Of a DNA stretch of 64,000 bases, positions 61,067 to 64,000 are shown piece after piece. Numbering within the stretch: the first letter of the stretch is position 1; each line of letters starts with the position of its first letter. The stretch spans positions 93,361,557 through 93,425,556 of the forward strand of contig NC_068982.1 in the NCBI RefSeq assembly GCF_001194135.2. The letters are read 5' to 3'. The stretch is from Octopus bimaculoides. Lineage: Eukaryota. The notes beneath the pieces are model-generated. The model was not told where the DNA came from, ran no database searches, and worked only from the letters and a program-made list of their open reading frames with translations. The position numbers were made by a program, and so were the translations under genes.

Positions 61067-62287
61067 TTATGTTCATAAAAAACATATATAATAACAGATA
61101 ATAACTTTATTTATCAAAAAATGCTATGAGGATAAAAATAAACCTTCTTTTCTATAATGTTATTCAATAAAGCCACCTTCAGCTTCAACAAATGCTTCTA
61201 TATGAGATCTAAATCACTTACATGCTCGAATCAAGTCGTCCTGTTTTATTTTGGAGATTACTCTGACTATGGCAGCTTTCAAAAAATTTTTGGTGTTATG
61301 GGCATGTCCATTGACCTCTCTCTCAACAATGCTCCACATGTAATAGACCAATGGATTGAAATCTGGGGAATTAGGAGGCCAAATGTGATCATGACAATTT
61401 TCAGCCATCCATTCATGTGTCACTAGAGCCATGTGTGATAGTGCAGAGAGAGTCTTACTGAAACACATATGGCTTTCCATTGCATACATTGTCTATCCAG
61501 AGCTTAACAATTATTTCCAGGACCTCAACGTAGGCGGCAAAGTTAACTCTAAGGCTTTGTGGAAAGAAGTAAGGAGGCATCACAAGTCCTTCATTGCTGA
61601 CAACCCCTAAAATCTTGACAGTTGCAGGAAATTTTGTATGTATAACACTTGGAACTTCAGAAGGGTTTGCACATAACCATCTGTCATTTCTTGTTAACTT
61701 TTTGATCTTGGTCAAAAATTTTCTCGTTTGAGAAAAACCAAATCAAATCTTCTTCTGCTGAAATTTTCAGTTTGTTTAAGAGCCTTTTAGATCTGATGTA
61801 ATGATTTTCTTTTGCTTTTTCTGACAAATTGACCTTTCCTCATCATATAAGACTTATATCTGATGTCTTCAAGGACAATATTTTTGACTGTTCCTTCTGA
61901 CACAGAGATCTTTTGCAATTAACCTCATAGACTTTCTGGGATTATAGTCAATGGTCTGTTGAACTTGCCGGATAAATTCAGGTGTTCTGATGATTTCAAA
62001 ACATTTAGAATGTTTTTTATACTTTGATACAGGTGACACATTTCCATCTTCAGTCTCTAGCTCCTTACAAACTTTGTAGACGAAAGATCTGGCAGCTTTT
62101 AAAAATCAAGATATTTCTAAATCTCTCTGCTCAGCCTTTATAACCACAATAACAGCATGCCTCTTCATTTCTTGAGTAAGCTGAGGGTCTGCCATTATTA
62201 TTTTCTGAAACAAAGATTATACAGAGTTAGCAAAAAATGCAGCAATGACCCAAAAAGGGTATGTCCTCAAATACCTTACACACCCTG
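61067..62287 (-). mobile_element. maT/DD37D-like mariner relic
   Basis: Minus-strand WFFSNEK, NDRWLCANPSEVP...KFPATVKILGVVSNEG, YVFQ*D, WPPNSPDFNPLVYY; right end CACCCTG+TA at 62281-62289; the left TIR is absent or in the gap. Confidence 0.85.
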
Positions 62288-62329
62288 TACACACACACAC
62301 ACATGTCTATATATTGATATATATGTATC

Positions 62330-62530
62330 TTTTCTCTTTTACTTGTTTCAGTCATTAGACTGGGGCCTTGCTGGGGCACTGCCTTGAATTTTTAGTTCAA
62401 TGAATTGACCCCAGTACTTTCTTTTTTTAAGCCTGGTACTTATTCTATCAATCTGTTTTGCTGAACCTCTACGTTACAGGAACACAAACACACAAACACT
62501 AGTTGTCAAGTGATCGTGGTGGTGGTGGTG
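62330..62530 (-). mobile_element. SINE family B 3' domain, CpG-decayed
   Basis: TTGTTTCAGTCATTAGACTG...GGCACTGCC; compare the CpG-retaining copy at ~37950-38030. Confidence 0.75.
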
Positions 62531-62727
62531 GGACAAATACAGACACACACACACACACATATACATACATATGTACACATATATACACATATATATACAC
62601 AAATACATATATATATATATACACATATAATAATATAGATAATATATATATATATATATATCATCATCATCATCGTTTAATGTCTGCTTTCTATACTGGC
62701 ATGGGTTGAATGGTTTGACTGAAATAA

Positions 62728-63403
62728 ATAAATAAAGTTAAGAACATTTGTATACATGCAAGTACACAGGCATACATATATGTATCCATACATTCATATA
62801 TATATATATATATATACACACACAGACATACATCCACATGTACACACATATCCGCACATATATGCATGTAAGCATATATACACATACATGTAGATGCGCA
62901 AACACATTTATACTTATGCACACTCACACATACATGTATGTATATATATATATGCATTTACATTTTTTACCCATCACCCCTAAGAAGTTAATCTAGATCC
63001 ATGTTGGTCAATTAATTCTAATTTGTTAATGAAATTTTGAATTATTTCCTTGAAACGCTATAGTATAAACAAAATAAATTAAAATTTCATTAACCAATCA
63101 GAATTAATTGACTAATATGGATCTATATTAACTTCTTAGGGGTGGGTGATGGATAAAAAGTGTAAACACATATATATAAATACATGTGTATGTGAGTGTG
63201 CATACGTATTAATGTGTTCGCGCATGTACATGTATGTGTATATATGCATATATACATATATGCACAGACGTGTGTATGTATATATATGTGTGAGTATATG
63301 CGTGTATCTCTGTGTATATATATGGATGTACAGATACATGTATGTATGTGTATATGTATGCATGTGTACTTGCATATATACAAATTTTCTTAACTTTATT
63401 TAT
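62728..63403. repeat. Large fold-back: arms 62728-63047 and 63072-63403, 24-nt spacer
   Basis: Both outer ends (ATAAATAAAGTTAAGAACATTTG...) and inner ends (CCCCTAAGAAGTTAAT.TAGATCCAT...) align as reverse complements; the microsatellite middle is more diverged. Confidence 0.9.
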
Positions 63404-63641
63404 ACCTTATATACAAATATTCCATTCTTTATTAACTATAACTTATTTATATTTAAATTTCCCCTGTCATCTCTATTTAATCTATTCATTTATTCTAATT
63501 CCATTTACCTACTATATCTTATCTCCTCTCATCCTGCAAACCCCTCGCCCAAACATATAAAAATACAAATCATAAACAGTATCATTTAGTCTGCTATAAT
63601 GAATCCATGAACACATATAAAACATTGAAGGGTATATATTT

Positions 63642-63727
63642 TCCCTCTGAAGATATTATGCTCAGGTCATATAAATTTAATAGCTACTTAATATTTACTG
63701 AGTATTAATTGAAACTGTTGTAAAGGA
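63642..63727 (+). ncRNA. Near-intact type I hammerhead ribozyme
   Basis: TCCCT CTGAAGA (63647-63653), stem II ATGCTCAG/CTGAGTAT, GAAA 63711-63714, CTGTTG, GUA triplet, AAGGA; the stem II closing pair is U-U and stem I has one mismatch. Confidence 0.7.
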
Positions 63728-63842
63728 TGATGGTTAATTTGCTCTTAATAATAAACGATTATTAATTTCCCAATCTCCATTTTCTCCTTATATGTACATA
63801 CATATATGTGTATATATATGTGTGTGTGTCTGTGTGTATGTA

Positions 63843-63880
<38 letters not shown>

Positions 63881-64000
63881 CAATGAGCTTTTTTCAGTTT
63901 CCGTCAACTGAATCCACTCACAAGGCTTTGGTTGGCCCGAGGTACAGTCATAATATTTGAAGATTTTCTTAAAAGTTATATAAAGTTTTTTTTTTTTTTT

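Overview
This is eukaryotic, AT-rich, microsatellite-dense DNA with nine N-gaps. Its repeat families match what I recall from octopus (coleoid cephalopod) draft assemblies; that assignment is an inference and I ran no search. No intact protein-coding gene is recognisable, and almost all ORF-track entries are microsatellite, N-gap or repeat artefacts. The window is mostly decayed mobile DNA: three L1/Tx1-like fragments, a 5'-truncated RTE LINE plus older RTE relics, a pogo/Passer-like DD35D transposon with both TIRs, a maT-like mariner, a Helentron-type non-autonomous element, a Penelope RT/GIY-YIG relic and many SINEs. The best signals lie outside the ORF track. (1) A series of Penelope/retrozyme-type minimal hammerhead ribozymes: two match the full consensus (195-255 +, 1338-1429 -), two are near-intact (613-673, 63642-63727) and there are fossils. 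Several sit next to fold-back inverted duplications, two of which break inside ribozyme stem II. (2) An RTE 3' UTR built from four ~65-nt double-hairpin units with compensatory base changes. (3) A PHD-type C4HC3 finger inserted in the RTE reverse transcriptase. (4) A sharp drop in CpG at ~52.4-52.65 kb, next to a candidate divergent promoter and candidate exons of unidentified host genes.
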